Shown here piece after piece: positions 9,107-19,048 of a stretch of DNA of 64,000 nt. The DNA is from Thermoanaerobaculia bacterium (GTDB lineage: Bacteria > Acidobacteriota > Thermoanaerobaculia > UBA5066). The stretch covers positions 15,637 through 79,636 of the forward strand of contig JAJVIN010000019.1 in NCBI GenBank assembly GCA_022071945.1, in the 5' to 3' direction. Positions within the stretch are counted from its first letter, which is position 1. Each line of letters opens with the position of its first letter. Under the pieces are notes generated by a model. It was not told the DNA's origin and did not search any database. It was given only the letters and a program-made list of their open reading frames with translations. A program made the position numbers and the translations under genes.

Positions 9107-10629
9107 GACTCGTCCTCCGGCTAGAGTTCCCGCTGGGGCGCCTCCACGCCACGCCTTGGCGCGTGAATCCGTTCGACGATCCGTACGGCGAGTGGCCGCC
9201 AAGTCCCTGGCGCCTTGTTCGCGCCGTCACAGCGCGCTGGTACCAGTGGGCGCGTGAGACGGAGGCGCCCACGGACCTTGCGAGGCTCGAGAAGGTGCAA
9301 GCCGCGCTGTGCAGGAGCACGTACTCATTCCATCTCCCACCGGATGCGCGCAAGGGACGCCCGCTCAGGCAATACCACCCGACCGAGTTCGGTTGGCGAC
9401 CGGCCGAGAGGAAGAAGCCGGGAACGCGCAGCTACGGCACGAGCCTCGTGCAAGACAACTACTGGTGTGTCCCGCCCGAGGCGCCCGTCTGGTGGTTCAT
9501 CGAAGGCGACGACTGGACCGATGAACTCCGCACGCTGCTCGCTCAGTGCCTCGAGCGCATTACTTACTTCGGGCGCGCCGAGACGCTCACGCGAATCGGC
9601 ATCGTGGTTTCCAGCCACGGGATCCCGGCACCTAACTGCGAGCTGATCGACAAGCGAGCGGCCGGTGCTGTGCCCGTGCTGTCACCCCTCAAGGACGCCA
9701 CGCGGAACGACATCGAGCGCACGACCGACGATGCGGAAGCTGTGAGGAGAGCCGTCCCTCCTGGTGCGCGGTGGCTCTACGCAGTTCGACCATCGCGCCC
9801 CGAGTCCTCCGAGCGCAGACGCGTACCCGCGCATCGTCCTGACTGCCACCTCATGCAGTTCGCGATCGGGTGGAATGTTGCCCCAGAGCCGCGCGCTATC
9901 GTGCGGCTCACGTCGCGGTTCCGGGGCGCCGTGCTCCGCGAACTCCTGCGGCTCAAGACGGGTGACCCCGCCGCGACATGGACGCGCGTCAGCAAGGACG
10001 TCCGCGAGGCAGTCGCTGATATGGCGGGCAAGGACTCCAACGACGAGCCCCTCAAGGGCCACCGTCACACTGAGTTTCTGGCTTGGTGTGAGGGCAACTA
10101 TCCCACCCGCCTGCTAGTGTGGAGGGGATCGCGTGCCTTCGACGCCGATGAGCAGGAAGCGATTCTGCTCGCGGCGGCGCGTGAAGTTTCGTGGGCCGCA
10201 GCCGGTTCAGACTCCGATGAATGGAAGGTGCGCCTCGTTCCTCTAGATCGAGATGTCCCGCCGCCTCCGGGCTTCGACGGACGCCCGTCGATTACCTGGG
10301 ATTCGGTGACACCTTACGTCCCACCCCGTCACCACTTGCGCCGTGGCAAGGAGCGCGAGGGGGATTCGACGGTCGATCAGATCCGACGCGAGCTTCTGGA
10401 GCGCGGGATCACTCAGGAGGTCACCATAGAGGTTGTGGGCTCTCCGAAGTGGGTGTCCGTGCACGTTCCCCGGCGGGAGGGGAACAAGCGCGCCTCAATA
10501 GGTGACCGTCGAGGCCAGATGATCCAACTGCGGTTCGCGGCAGCGACCCAAGGCCCTATCCGCTTAGGGCATTCGAGCAGCTTCGGCCTTGGGCTCTTCC
10601 GGCCAGCAGAGGAACGGGACGAGGCATGA
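9103..10629 (+). CDS. csb2: Type I-G Cas5/Cas6 fusion Csb2
   Basis: GRLHATPW, EWPPSPWRLVRA, YFGRAET, W.SVTPYV, C-terminal G-rich loop GPIRLGHSSSFGLGLF. Confidence 0.92.
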   Translation: MRLVLRLEFPLGRLHATPWRVNPFDDPYGEWPPSPWRLVRAVTARWYQWARETEAPTDLARLEKVQAALCRSTYSFHLPPDARKGRPLRQYHPTEFGWRPAERKKPGTRSYGTSLVQDNYWCVPPEAPVWWFIEGDDWTDELRTLLAQCLERITYFGRAETLTRIGIVVSSHGIPAPNCELIDKRAAGAVPVLSPLKDATRNDIERTTDDAEAVRRAVPPGARWLYAVRPSRPESSERRRVPAHRPDCHLMQFAIGWNVAPEPRAIVRLTSRFRGAVLRELLRLKTGDPAATWTRVSKDVREAVADMAGKDSNDEPLKGHRHTEFLAWCEGNYPTRLLVWRGSRAFDADEQEAILLAAAREVSWAAAGSDSDEWKVRLVPLDRDVPPPPGFDGRPSITWDSVTPYVPPRHHLRRGKEREGDSTVDQIRRELLERGITQEVTIEVVGSPKWVSVHVPRREGNKRASIGDRRGQMIQLRFAAATQGPIRLGHSSSFGLGLFRPAEERDEA

Positions 10630-11017
10630 CAGCCGGACCTGGGTTCGGTGTCACGCCGCACTTCGGCCTCAACGGGAGCGACCTATTCGACCCCGGCCAG
10701 GTGAGGGATGGCGAAGGGCGCAGAAGCGCTTGCGCCATCGTCGCCAGGTGCGGGAAGAGGCTGCCGGGCAGCGGGCGAGTTTGGCGAACGCCAGAGGCGT
10801 CATGCTGACTCCCGGCGTCGAAGGCGACTGCAGCATTACGGGGCGCGAGGTCTTACCTGACGCGCATCCCGCGCCACTTGGTGTTCCCACGGCGGGCTTG
10901 GGCCCGCCGCCGCCAGGCTTCGTCTGGCGCCTTGAGAGTCAAAACCGCATCGTCTTCTACGTATCCGCGTGCGAGATGCACGTGAGGCTTGGTTTCGATC
11001 TCCGAAGCTGAACGTCC

Positions 11018-12697
11018 ATGAACGTCGAATCGCCTCTGGCCCCCCTCCCCGCGCGGATGCTGAACGAATACGTCTACTGTCCGCGTCTCTTCTTTCTGGA
11101 GCACGTGGCGGGGGAGTGGGAGGAGAGCGCGGACACGGTCGCGGGCCGGCGGGTGCACCGGCGCGTGGACCGGCCGGCGCAGGCGATTCCGGACCCGGAG
11201 CGGCTCAATACCGAGTGGAAGGTCCGCTCGGTCGATGTCGCGTCCGAGATTCACGGGGTGACCGCGACCTGCGATCTCATCGAGGGCGAGGGCGAGGAGG
11301 CGCACCCGGTCGACTACAAGAAGGGAAAGGCGCCGGATCCTGATCGGGTGCCAGGCGGCGTCTGGCCCGCGGACCGCGTCCAGATCGGGGCTCAGATCCT
11401 GGCGCTTCGGGAATGCGGCTACTCGTGCGAGGCGGGCTCGATCTATTACGCGGAGACGAAGAAGCGGGTCCGGGTTCCCTGGAGCCAGGATCTCGAGAGC
11501 CTCGTCCTCGGGGCGATTTCGGGCGCCCGGGAGGCCGAGCGGTCGGCAGTCCCTCCGCAACCCCTGGTCGATAGTCCAAAGTGCCCCAAGTGCTCCCTGG
11601 TGGGGATCTGTCTGCCGGACGAGTCCACATTGCTCGGACAGCCGGCCCAAGCGAGTGAGCCGAGGGAGATTCGGAAGCTCTTGCCGCCGAACGACGACCG
11701 GAGGCCGCTCTACGTGAAAGCGCACGGCGCGACCGTGGGCCTCGCCGGGGGCGAACTCGAAGTGCGGCAGAGAGACGCGGAGACGGTGACGGTGAGGCTT
11801 CAGGACACGTCTCACGTCAGCCTCCTCGGGAACATCCAGATCACGGCCGGTGCGCTCAAGGCGTTGTGCGACCAAGGTATCGGCGTCTCGTACTTCAGTT
11901 ATGGCGGCTGGCACTTCGCGAGCCTGAATGGCTACCCGAGCGCGAGCGTTCACCACCGGATCGCCCAGTTCCGGGTCTTCTTCGATCCCGAGGGCCGCGT
12001 CCGGCTCGCTCGTCAGTTCATCCGGGCGAAGATCCTCAACTGCCGGACCCTGCTCCGGCGAAACTCCGGGGAGGGTGAGGACGCGGCCCTCGCCCTGTTG
12101 AAGAAAGGGGCGGACGACGCGGCGACGGCGGAATCGCTCGAGTCCCTTCTCGGGATCGAGGGGCTGGCGGCCAGAACGTACTTCGACGGGTTCGCCAGGG
12201 TTCTTCAGGGCAAGGACGGTGTGAGCCGGTTCGAGCTTTCGGGCAGGAACCGGCGTCCCCCGAGAGATCCGGTGAATGCATTGCTTTCGTTCGCGTATGC
12301 CCTGCTGGTGAAGGACTGCCGGATCGCGGTGGCGGCGGCGGGGCTGGACCCGATGGTGGGGCTGCTTCACCAGCCCAGGCCGGGCCGGCCAGCGATGGCG
12401 CTCGACATGATGGAGGAGTTCCGGCCCCTCATCGCGGACTCGGCTGTGTTGACGGCGATCAACACCGGGGTGGTCACGGGGGAGGACTTCGTCAGGGGTG
12501 CCGGGCGAGTCGCCCTGACGGATGGAGGCCGAAAGGCCTTCCTCGGGGCGTATGAACGGAGAATGGAGCAAGAGATCCAGCACCCGGTCTTCGGTTACCG
12601 GGTGAGTTACAGGCAAGTCCTCGAGATCCAGGCCAGGCTTCTGGCGAGGACGTTGACAGGGGAGATCGGGGTCTACCCGGCGTTCCTGACGAGATGA
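11018..12697 (+). CDS. cas1: Cas4-Cas1 fusion
   Basis: Cas4: NEYVYCPRLF, PVDYKKG, C-PKCSLVGIC; Cas1: LLGIEGLAARTYF, RNRRPPRDPVNALLSFAY, LALDMMEEFRPLIADS-like motif. Confidence 0.95.
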   Translation: MNVESPLAPLPARMLNEYVYCPRLFFLEHVAGEWEESADTVAGRRVHRRVDRPAQAIPDPERLNTEWKVRSVDVASEIHGVTATCDLIEGEGEEAHPVDYKKGKAPDPDRVPGGVWPADRVQIGAQILALRECGYSCEAGSIYYAETKKRVRVPWSQDLESLVLGAISGAREAERSAVPPQPLVDSPKCPKCSLVGICLPDESTLLGQPAQASEPREIRKLLPPNDDRRPLYVKAHGATVGLAGGELEVRQRDAETVTVRLQDTSHVSLLGNIQITAGALKALCDQGIGVSYFSYGGWHFASLNGYPSASVHHRIAQFRVFFDPEGRVRLARQFIRAKILNCRTLLRRNSGEGEDAALALLKKGADDAATAESLESLLGIEGLAARTYFDGFARVLQGKDGVSRFELSGRNRRPPRDPVNALLSFAYALLVKDCRIAVAAAGLDPMVGLLHQPRPGRPAMALDMMEEFRPLIADSAVLTAINTGVVTGEDFVRGAGRVALTDGGRKAFLGAYERRMEQEIQHPVFGYRVSYRQVLEIQARLLARTLTGEIGVYPAFLTR

Positions 12698-12981
12698 GAA
12701 CGCGCTACATCGTGACGTACGACGTGTGTGAGCCGCGCCGGTTGAGGCGGGTCTTCAAGGTCATGAAGGGCGCCGGGGATCATCTGCAGTTGTCGGTTTT
12801 CCGGTGTGACCTCTCGGACAGGCAGTTAGAGGTTTTGAAGGAGAAGCTGACGAGAGAGATAAAGGGGAAGGATCAGGTACTGTTCGTGGAAGTTGGGCCG
12901 TCGGATGGCGGGCTGGCGGAGCGGATCTGGTCGCTTGGCAAACCGTACGAGGAGGCCGAGCAAGGCCCCGTGATCGTCTGA
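12694..12981 (+). CDS. cas2: CRISPR-associated endoribonuclease Cas2
   Basis: YIVTYDVCEPRRLRRVFKVMKGAGDHLQLSVFRC; ATGA overlap with cas1. Confidence 0.95.
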   Translation: MRTRYIVTYDVCEPRRLRRVFKVMKGAGDHLQLSVFRCDLSDRQLEVLKEKLTREIKGKDQVLFVEVGPSDGGLAERIWSLGKPYEEAEQGPVIV

Positions 12982-13199
12982 CCCTCGGGGGCAGACGCGC
13001 TGTATGAAAGCCGAAACGTGATTTCGAGTGGCTGGGTGGTGAAGAAAACCCGGCGGCCGCTCGATGAGTTCAAGGCATGTAGATTCAGTAACTTGCAACA
13101 GCCGGCCGGGAGAAGCGCGTGCTTCGCCGCTCCAACCGGGGGAGCCGCTCGAAACCGCCGCGGCAAACCTGGCCCGCCGAGTAAGATACCTCGCGCGCC
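12982..13199 (+). promoter_or_regulatory. CRISPR leader with IHF-like site and inverted motifs
   Basis: Lies between cas2 and repeat 1; ATTCAGTAACTTG (13083-13095) resembles WATCAANNNNTTR; TTTCGAGTGGCT (13022-13033) and AGCCGCTCGAAA (13143-13154) are inverted. Confidence 0.75.
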
Positions 13200-16100
13200 G
13201 TCTCCCCGGCTTCACAGCCGGGGCTCCATTGAAGCGTCGCCCTGGACTCCGCCGGGAACCCTGTGCTGCGCGTCTCCCCGGCTTCACAGCCGGGGCTCCA
13301 TTGAAGCGTCTATGACGAGTCGCCACTCGCTCGCATCCCGCGAAGTCTCCCCGGCTTCACAGCCGGGGCTCCATTGAAGCCTTGACGAGAGACTGGTCGA
13401 TCTTCTGGAATGCCAGGTCTCCCCGGCTTCACAGCCGGGGCTCCATTGAAGCAGCGGGGGCGACGATCAGCACGCTCAAAACGATCATGTCTCCCCGGCT
13501 TCACAGCCGGGGCTCCATTGAAGCGATCCCGTAAAGGTCGCCGAGTACGCGGTCTGGCGGGTCTCCCCGGCTTCACAGCCGGGGCTCCATTGAAGCCAGG
13601 AGAAACTGAAGGTCGACGCGCTCGGGACCGCTGGTCTCCCCGGCTTCACAGCCGGGGCTCCATTGAAGCCTCTTCTCGATCGACCCTAGTAACGGCGGGG
13701 CTGCGTCTCCCCGGCTTCACAGCCGGGGCTCCATTGAAGCCTTTCGAAGTCGCCTCGGTACCGCTACGACATGCATGTCTCCCCGGCTTCACAGCCGGGG
13801 CTCCATTGAAGCGACTCCGCCTCGATCACGTGCTCGCTCTCGATCGTGTCTCCCCGGCTTCACAGCCGGGGCTCCATTGAAGCACGATGTAGTTTTCGTG
13901 CCGCTCCGTCACCTCCTGGGGTCTCCCCGGCTTCACAGCCGGGGCTCCATTGAAGCGCCGCGAGAGCGGCGGCATCGGCAAACTGGACGACGTGTCTCCC
14001 CGGCTTCACAGCCGGGGCTCCATTGAAGCGACCAACCCGCGAACTTCGGCACGTGGTCGAACGGGGTCTCCCCGGCTTCACAGCCGGGGCTCCATTGAAG
14101 CCCTCGCGGCGAGCCGTACCAGGTCCTCCCGGGTCAAGTCTCCCCGGCTTCACAGCCGGGGCTCCATTGAAGCGTCGAGTCCGGAAACCTGGCGATCTTC
14201 CAAGAGTCGGTCTCCCCGGCTTCACAGCCGGGGCTCCATTGAAGCGAGCGAGTGCTCATCTGCGAGGCCTCCAACTACTGGGTCTCCCCGGCTTCACAGC
14301 CGGGGCTCCATTGAAGCAACCCGAACGACCGGGGTTTACGGTTGAGTTTGTCGTCTCCCCGGCTTCACAGCCGGGGCTCCATTGAAGCGAGCTGGTGATC
14401 TTCTTGACCAGCGCCTTCGCCTTGTCTCCCCGGCTTCACAGCCGGGGCTCCATTGAAGCGGCGTCGTTGAAGCCCTCGCCATCGCCGATCTGGAAGTCTC
14501 CCCGGCTTCACAGCCGGGGCTCCATTGAAGCTTCATCAGGCCACGCTCTTGCCGACTTCGTACCAGTGTCTCCCCGGCTTCACAGCCGGGGCTCCATTGA
14601 AGCATAGGGGTCAAGGCGAACATGCTCGCCAGCGGGACCGTCTCCCCGGCTTCACAGCCGGGGCTCCATTGAAGCCTGACGAAGCACTCCGTGACAAGCA
14701 CGAGAAGTCGCGTCTCCCCGGCTTCACAGCCGGGGCTCCATTGAAGCTTCACTTGCTCGCTGTTTTCGATCAACACCTGGATGTCTCCCCGGCTTCACAG
14801 CCGGGGCTCCATTGAAGCGTGCCGCAGATGAGGATGAACCTCGTGAAGGCGATGTCTCCCCGGCTTCACAGCCGGGGCTCCATTGAAGCTCCAACATGAG
14901 CTACCACGACCTCGCCTCCCAGGAGAGTCTCCCCGGCTTCACAGCCGGGGCTCCATTGAAGCCACTCGTTGTACTTCTTCTGGGCTTCCTTCACCGCGTC
15001 TCCCCGGCTTCACAGCCGGGGCTCCATTGAAGCACCACGCTCGCCGCGAGGTGAGGCACGGTCCCGCCGGTCTCCCCGGCTTCACAGCCGGGGCTCCATT
15101 GAAGCAACCGCGCGAAGGAGAACGACAACAATGAGATAGAAGTCTCCCCGGCTTCACAGCCGGGGCTCCATTGAAGCCCGATGGACACCGCTCGGCGTGG
15201 CGTGCGTGCCAGTGTCTCCCCGGCTTCACAGCCGGGGCTCCATTGAAGCAGCCCGGCGGGCGACGAGATGAAGAATGCCTTCCCCGTCTCCCCGGCTTCA
15301 CAGCCGGGGCTCCATTGAAGCCCGACGACACCCCAGACCCTCCCGTCAGCATTCCACTGTCTCCCCGGCTTCACAGCCGGGGCTCCATTGAAGCATTTTG
15401 AAGAAGGGCGTCGAGGAGTTCGAGGCGCGCGTCTCCCCGGCTTCACAGCCGGGGCTCCATTGAAGCCGTTGTACCGCATCTTCACCCGCACCGCCTCTTC
15501 GAGTCTCCCCGGCTTCACAGCCGGGGCTCCATTGAAGCGTGTCGTCCTGCGTCCAGGGGCGCCGGACCTCGCCGGTCTCCCCGGCTTCACAGCCGGGGCT
15601 CCATTGAAGCTTTCTCGACGCCACCCATCCGCAGCTCATCGCGTAGTCTCCCCGGCTTCACAGCCGGGGCTCCATTGAAGCCGACCCCATCCTGGCGCGC
15701 AGGAGAGCCATCACGCGGTCTCCCCGGCTTCACAGCCGGGGCTCCATTGAAGCGTGTCGGCCTGAACGACCGCCGTGTACTGGAGGCCAGTCTCCCCGGC
15801 TTCACAGCCGGGGCTCCATTGAAGCCACACGATTCACCTCGCGTTCATGGACTTCCTCCAGGTCTCCCCGGCTTCACAGCCGGGGCTCCATTGAAGCTCG
15901 TCCGCGACATCGGCGGCGAACAGAGCCGCCGCGGTCTCCCCGGCTTCACAGCCGGGGCTCCATTGAAGCAGGAGGAAGTCCGCCACGTCTCCGCCGGAGG
16001 CACGGTCTCCCCGGCTTCACAGCCGGGGCTCCATTGAAGCCGGAGGCCCGCTCCGCCGCTTCATCTCGTAGTAACGGGTCTCCCCGGCTTCACAGCCGGG

Positions 16101-16763
16101 GCTCCATTGAAGCATCTTCCCTTCTCACTTTCTCGCGGCGCTCTCTTGGTCTCCCCGGCTTCACAGCCGGGGCTCCATTGAAGCCAGCCTCGGGTGGCGA
16201 GGTATTCCGCGCTAACGCTAGTCTCCCCGGCTTCACAGCCGGGGCTCCATTGAAGCGTGATGAACGAGGGTGCGCTTGGCGGGGGCGGGGGCGTCTCCCC
16301 GGCTTCACAGCCGGGGCTCCATTGAAGCCTTCCCCACGGTGTCGAGATCAGCAGCGCCTTGCCTGTCTCCCCGGCTTCACAGCCGGGGCTCCATTGAAGC
16401 TCTCGGGTGAGTGGCACGGGAGTCTCGGGCCCGAGCGGTCTCCCCGGCTTCACAGCCGGGGCTCCATTGAAGCTCGATCGAGTCCCGGATCGACACTCGC
16501 TGATGCCCGGTCTCCCCGGCTTCACAGCCGGGGCTCCATTGAAGCCTGACGGCATTCCGCGGGTGCGTGAAGACGGCCGCCAGTCTCCCCGGCTTCACAG
16601 CCGGGGCTCCATTGAAGCGCGTCGCTCGTGAGCGTCCCGTTCCCACTCCAGAGCGTCTCCCCGGCTTCACAGCCGGGGCTCCATTGAAGCCTTAACCCAT
16701 GCTAGGTGGCCTTCCCCGCAGTGCCTCGTCTCCCCGGCCTCGCAACCGGGGTGGCGATCGCAC
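13200..16763 (+). CRISPR. CRISPR array: 49 identical 36-bp repeats plus a degenerate terminal repeat, 49 spacers of about 35-37 bp
   Basis: Repeat GTCTCCCCGGCTTCACAGCCGGGGCTCCATTGAAGC (7-bp stem CCCCGGC/GCCGGGG, 3' ATTGAAGC handle); first copy 13200-13235, last perfect copy 16655-16690; degenerate copy from 16728 (21/24 over its 5' part). Confidence 0.99.
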
Positions 16764-16885
16764 GGCCCGGTTCTGATGCCGAATTGCGATGAAGTCGAGA
16801 CGATCGTGGGGTTCGGTTCGTTCTCCCTCGCCCTTCTGCTCTCGCCAGAAAGGCACAGGGTGGCACGGAAGCGTCAGGAAAGAGG

Positions 16886-16937
16886 CCCCTCACCCCGCCT
16901 CACGGCGACCCTCTCCCCGCTCCCGCGGGGCGAGGGG
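16886..16937 (+). repeat. 52-bp REP-like element, inverted partner of 1355-1406
   Basis: CCCCTCACCCCGCCTCACGGCGACCCTCTCCCCGCTCCCGCGGGGCGAGGGG. Confidence 0.8.
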
Positions 16938-17034
16938 AGGGTTGGGCGGACCTCGAGAGCGAACTGAGGAGACTGCCCGTCGGACGGCGATGTCCGATTA
17001 CTGAGCGTCCCGCGGGGCCACCATCCCGTCCACG

Positions 17035-17550
17035 TCACCGACTCCAGGGGCTGCCCGTCGAAGAAGGGCTGGGGATGAGGACCTCCTGGTGGGTTCCATC
17101 TCGGGCTTCCGTTCTTCGCCACATAAGATCGGCCGCGGCGCCCAGAGGGTTCGGCGTGCCGGCGGCGAGCAGGACATTCGGGTAACCCGCGACCGAGATC
17201 GTTCCGAGAACGGTCCGCACGGCGCGGAAGGGGAGCCGGCGGTCGGCCTTGAGCACGACGCGCTTGCCGGGATTGCGAGCGGCCAGCTCCCGGAGCTTCA
17301 CGCGGAGACCGTCAGGGGGAAACCACTTCGTGTCGATGAAGGTGGTCCCATCCTTCTCGAGACTGATGGCCAGGTCGTTCGGGCTCTCTGGAGCGAGCGG
17401 CGGGTTCAGTGTCTGGGGCAGAAGGACAGCTCTCCCGCTACAGCCCATGGGGGTGGAGCCAGCCTCGATCGTGATCAAGACAACCACGACCGAGACGGCG
17501 GCGAGCGAGAAAACCGAGAAGAGGTCGGGCGCGGAGGGCGTGAGCCTCAT
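17035..17550 (-). CDS. ExbD/TolR family protein (orphan, divergent TM helix)
   Basis: N-terminal TM, V.LPQT, ISLEKDG..FID, VVLKADRRLPFRAVRTVL..ISVAGYPNVLL. Confidence 0.75.
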   Translation of the reverse strand: MRLTPSAPDLFSVFSLAAVSVVVVLITIEAGSTPMGCSGRAVLLPQTLNPPLAPESPNDLAISLEKDGTTFIDTKWFPPDGLRVKLRELAARNPGKRVVLKADRRLPFRAVRTVLGTISVAGYPNVLLAAGTPNPLGAAADLMWRRTEARDGTHQEVLIPSPSSTGSPWSR

Positions 17551-17675
17551 GTGAGCTTGGACCCGGAATCGCGAAGAAGAGTTCCCGGTGCGTGCCCATG
17601 GCTTCGGCATCGATCCTTCCTTCGGACCGGCATCCCCGCCGCGCCTCCCGCCCGGGCCGTAAAGATGATCCGGGC

Positions 17676-17838
17676 ATGAGAATCCGGCAGCGGCGGATTA
17701 CCGAAAGAGAGCGTCGTTCTTTGCCATCAGGTGACGACACTCGATCGCGGCAAGCGTACCGAGTCCATCGGAACTCTCACGGCGGCCGAGATGGCCCGCG
17801 TGGCCGCCGGCCTGAAATCGGCGATGTTTCTCGAGTAG
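17676..17838 (+). pseudogene. MazF/PemK toxin C-terminal fragment
   Basis: Frame from 17686: GSGGLPKESVVLCHQVTTLDRGKRTESIGTLTAAEMARVAAGLKSAMFLE-stop; in-frame TGA at 17677 and no in-frame start. Confidence 0.7.
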
Positions 17839-17908
17839 GAGTCCGGCCGGCAGCGCCCGGGGCGCGCCGTTCGAGAAGCTGGACGGTCCGGCCCCTCGAG
17901 GGGGGCTA

Positions 17909-19048
17909 CTAGGGACCCCTTCCCTTCACCAACTCCAGGAGCAGCTCGTCGACGAAGGCCGGGTCGACGTCCGGCGGAAGGCTCGAACCGCGTGCCGCCT
18001 CCTCCATCCGGCCCTGGAGTTCCGAGGCGGACTCCAGAAGCGCTTCGTAGGAGAGCCCTCCATCTCTCACCGCGACGAGATCCGGGGCATCGGGACGCCG
18101 CACCTGGAGGTCGCCCGTCTGAAGGACCTCGAGGCCCGTCCTCATCAGCCGGATCAGGTGAGCCGCGTGCTTGGTGTCGTAGCCGTGTCGCCTCTCCAGC
18201 TCGGCCCGGACGGGATTGCGCGAGCTCCGCCACGTCTCGAACGCCTGCCAGTGCTTCATCGCCGCCCGGTAACGCCTCTCGGCCTCGAGCGTCCGCTCGA
18301 CTTCCCTCGGGAGCCTCAGCGCGTGGAGGGCAATGGTCCGCTGCCGCTCCTCGAGGGACTCCTCCGGCACCTCGAGAGCGTCCTGAAGCAAACGTCCCAG
18401 CCGCTCCTTCAACTCGATCCGGAGCGTGGCCGGCATCTCCAGGGCATCGATCCCGTAGCTCCCGAGTTTCAGACTCACACTTCGCTCGATCCGGTCCTGG
18501 TCGTCGCGGCTGAGGGTACTCGCCTCTGGAAGACCGAAGTCCGCGCGCGACGGCTTTCCGGCCGGCGGGTGCAGCAGCCAGGAACGGTGCGTCCCGATCC
18601 GCTTCAGCTGCGCCATCGCGTACCCGAGATAGGTCTGCTGGACCTTCCGCGTAAGAAACCGGTGACGCTCGCCGTGGACGAGGCGCCAGGCCGGGGTGAC
18701 GTGGAGCCAGTCGTCCTCGCTCGCGAAGAGGATCTCGAGGGCGTTCGGGTTCCCGGCCGCGCACAGCGACAGGAACTTCGCGATGTCGAAGAGGACGCAC
18801 TCGGTCTTCACCCCGAGGCTCGCCGAAGCCGTCGGATGCCTCCGCAGCCTCTGCTCCACCTCGGCTCCGAGCCGGCCTCCGAGCGGCGCCTCGATCTCCG
18901 CGAGAGGACGAAAGAGCGAGAGCCGCCACTCGAGCGGTGCAAGGAACACTCCCCTCAGGTCGATGTCGGATCCGGACCGGGCAGTCCCGTGGGCGTGGCT
19001 CCCCGCCAAGGTGACGAAGAGGACGTCCCGCTCCGGATCGATCGTCAT
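17909..19048 (-). CDS. Pol-beta superfamily nucleotidyltransferase, RlaP/YcgL (PF10127-like) long form
   Basis: AGSHAHGTARSGSDIDLRGVF, NPNALEILF, TYLGYAMAQ, HGYDTKHAAHLIRLM; ATGA overlap with the upstream paralogue. Confidence 0.85.
   Translation of the reverse strand: MTIDPERDVLFVTLAGSHAHGTARSGSDIDLRGVFLAPLEWRLSLFRPLAEIEAPLGGRLGAEVEQRLRRHPTASASLGVKTECVLFDIAKFLSLCAAGNPNALEILFASEDDWLHVTPAWRLVHGERHRFLTRKVQQTYLGYAMAQLKRIGTHRSWLLHPPAGKPSRADFGLPEASTLSRDDQDRIERSVSLKLGSYGIDALEMPATLRIELKERLGRLLQDALEVPEESLEERQRTIALHALRLPREVERTLEAERRYRAAMKHWQAFETWRSSRNPVRAELERRHGYDTKHAAHLIRLMRTGLEVLQTGDLQVRRPDAPDLVAVRDGGLSYEALLESASELQGRMEEAARGSSLPPDVDPAFVDELLLELVKGRGP

Noticed and set aside
16401-16437. Spacer 45 resembles the reverse complement of the 18-bp VNTR at 26377-26412 (GAGTCTCGGGCCC)
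   Set aside because: Only about 13 nt match in GC-rich sequence; not credible self-targeting. No full self-match was noticed, but I could not search exhaustively
13018-16700. Many short ORFs with LPGFTAGAPLK / SPRLHSRGSIEA repeats
   Set aside because: Translations of the CRISPR repeat, not proteins
2997-16763. CRISPR-associated transposon hypothesis
   Set aside because: No tnsABC/tniQ or other transposase; Cas3 and the adaptation genes are intact, as in a normal defence system
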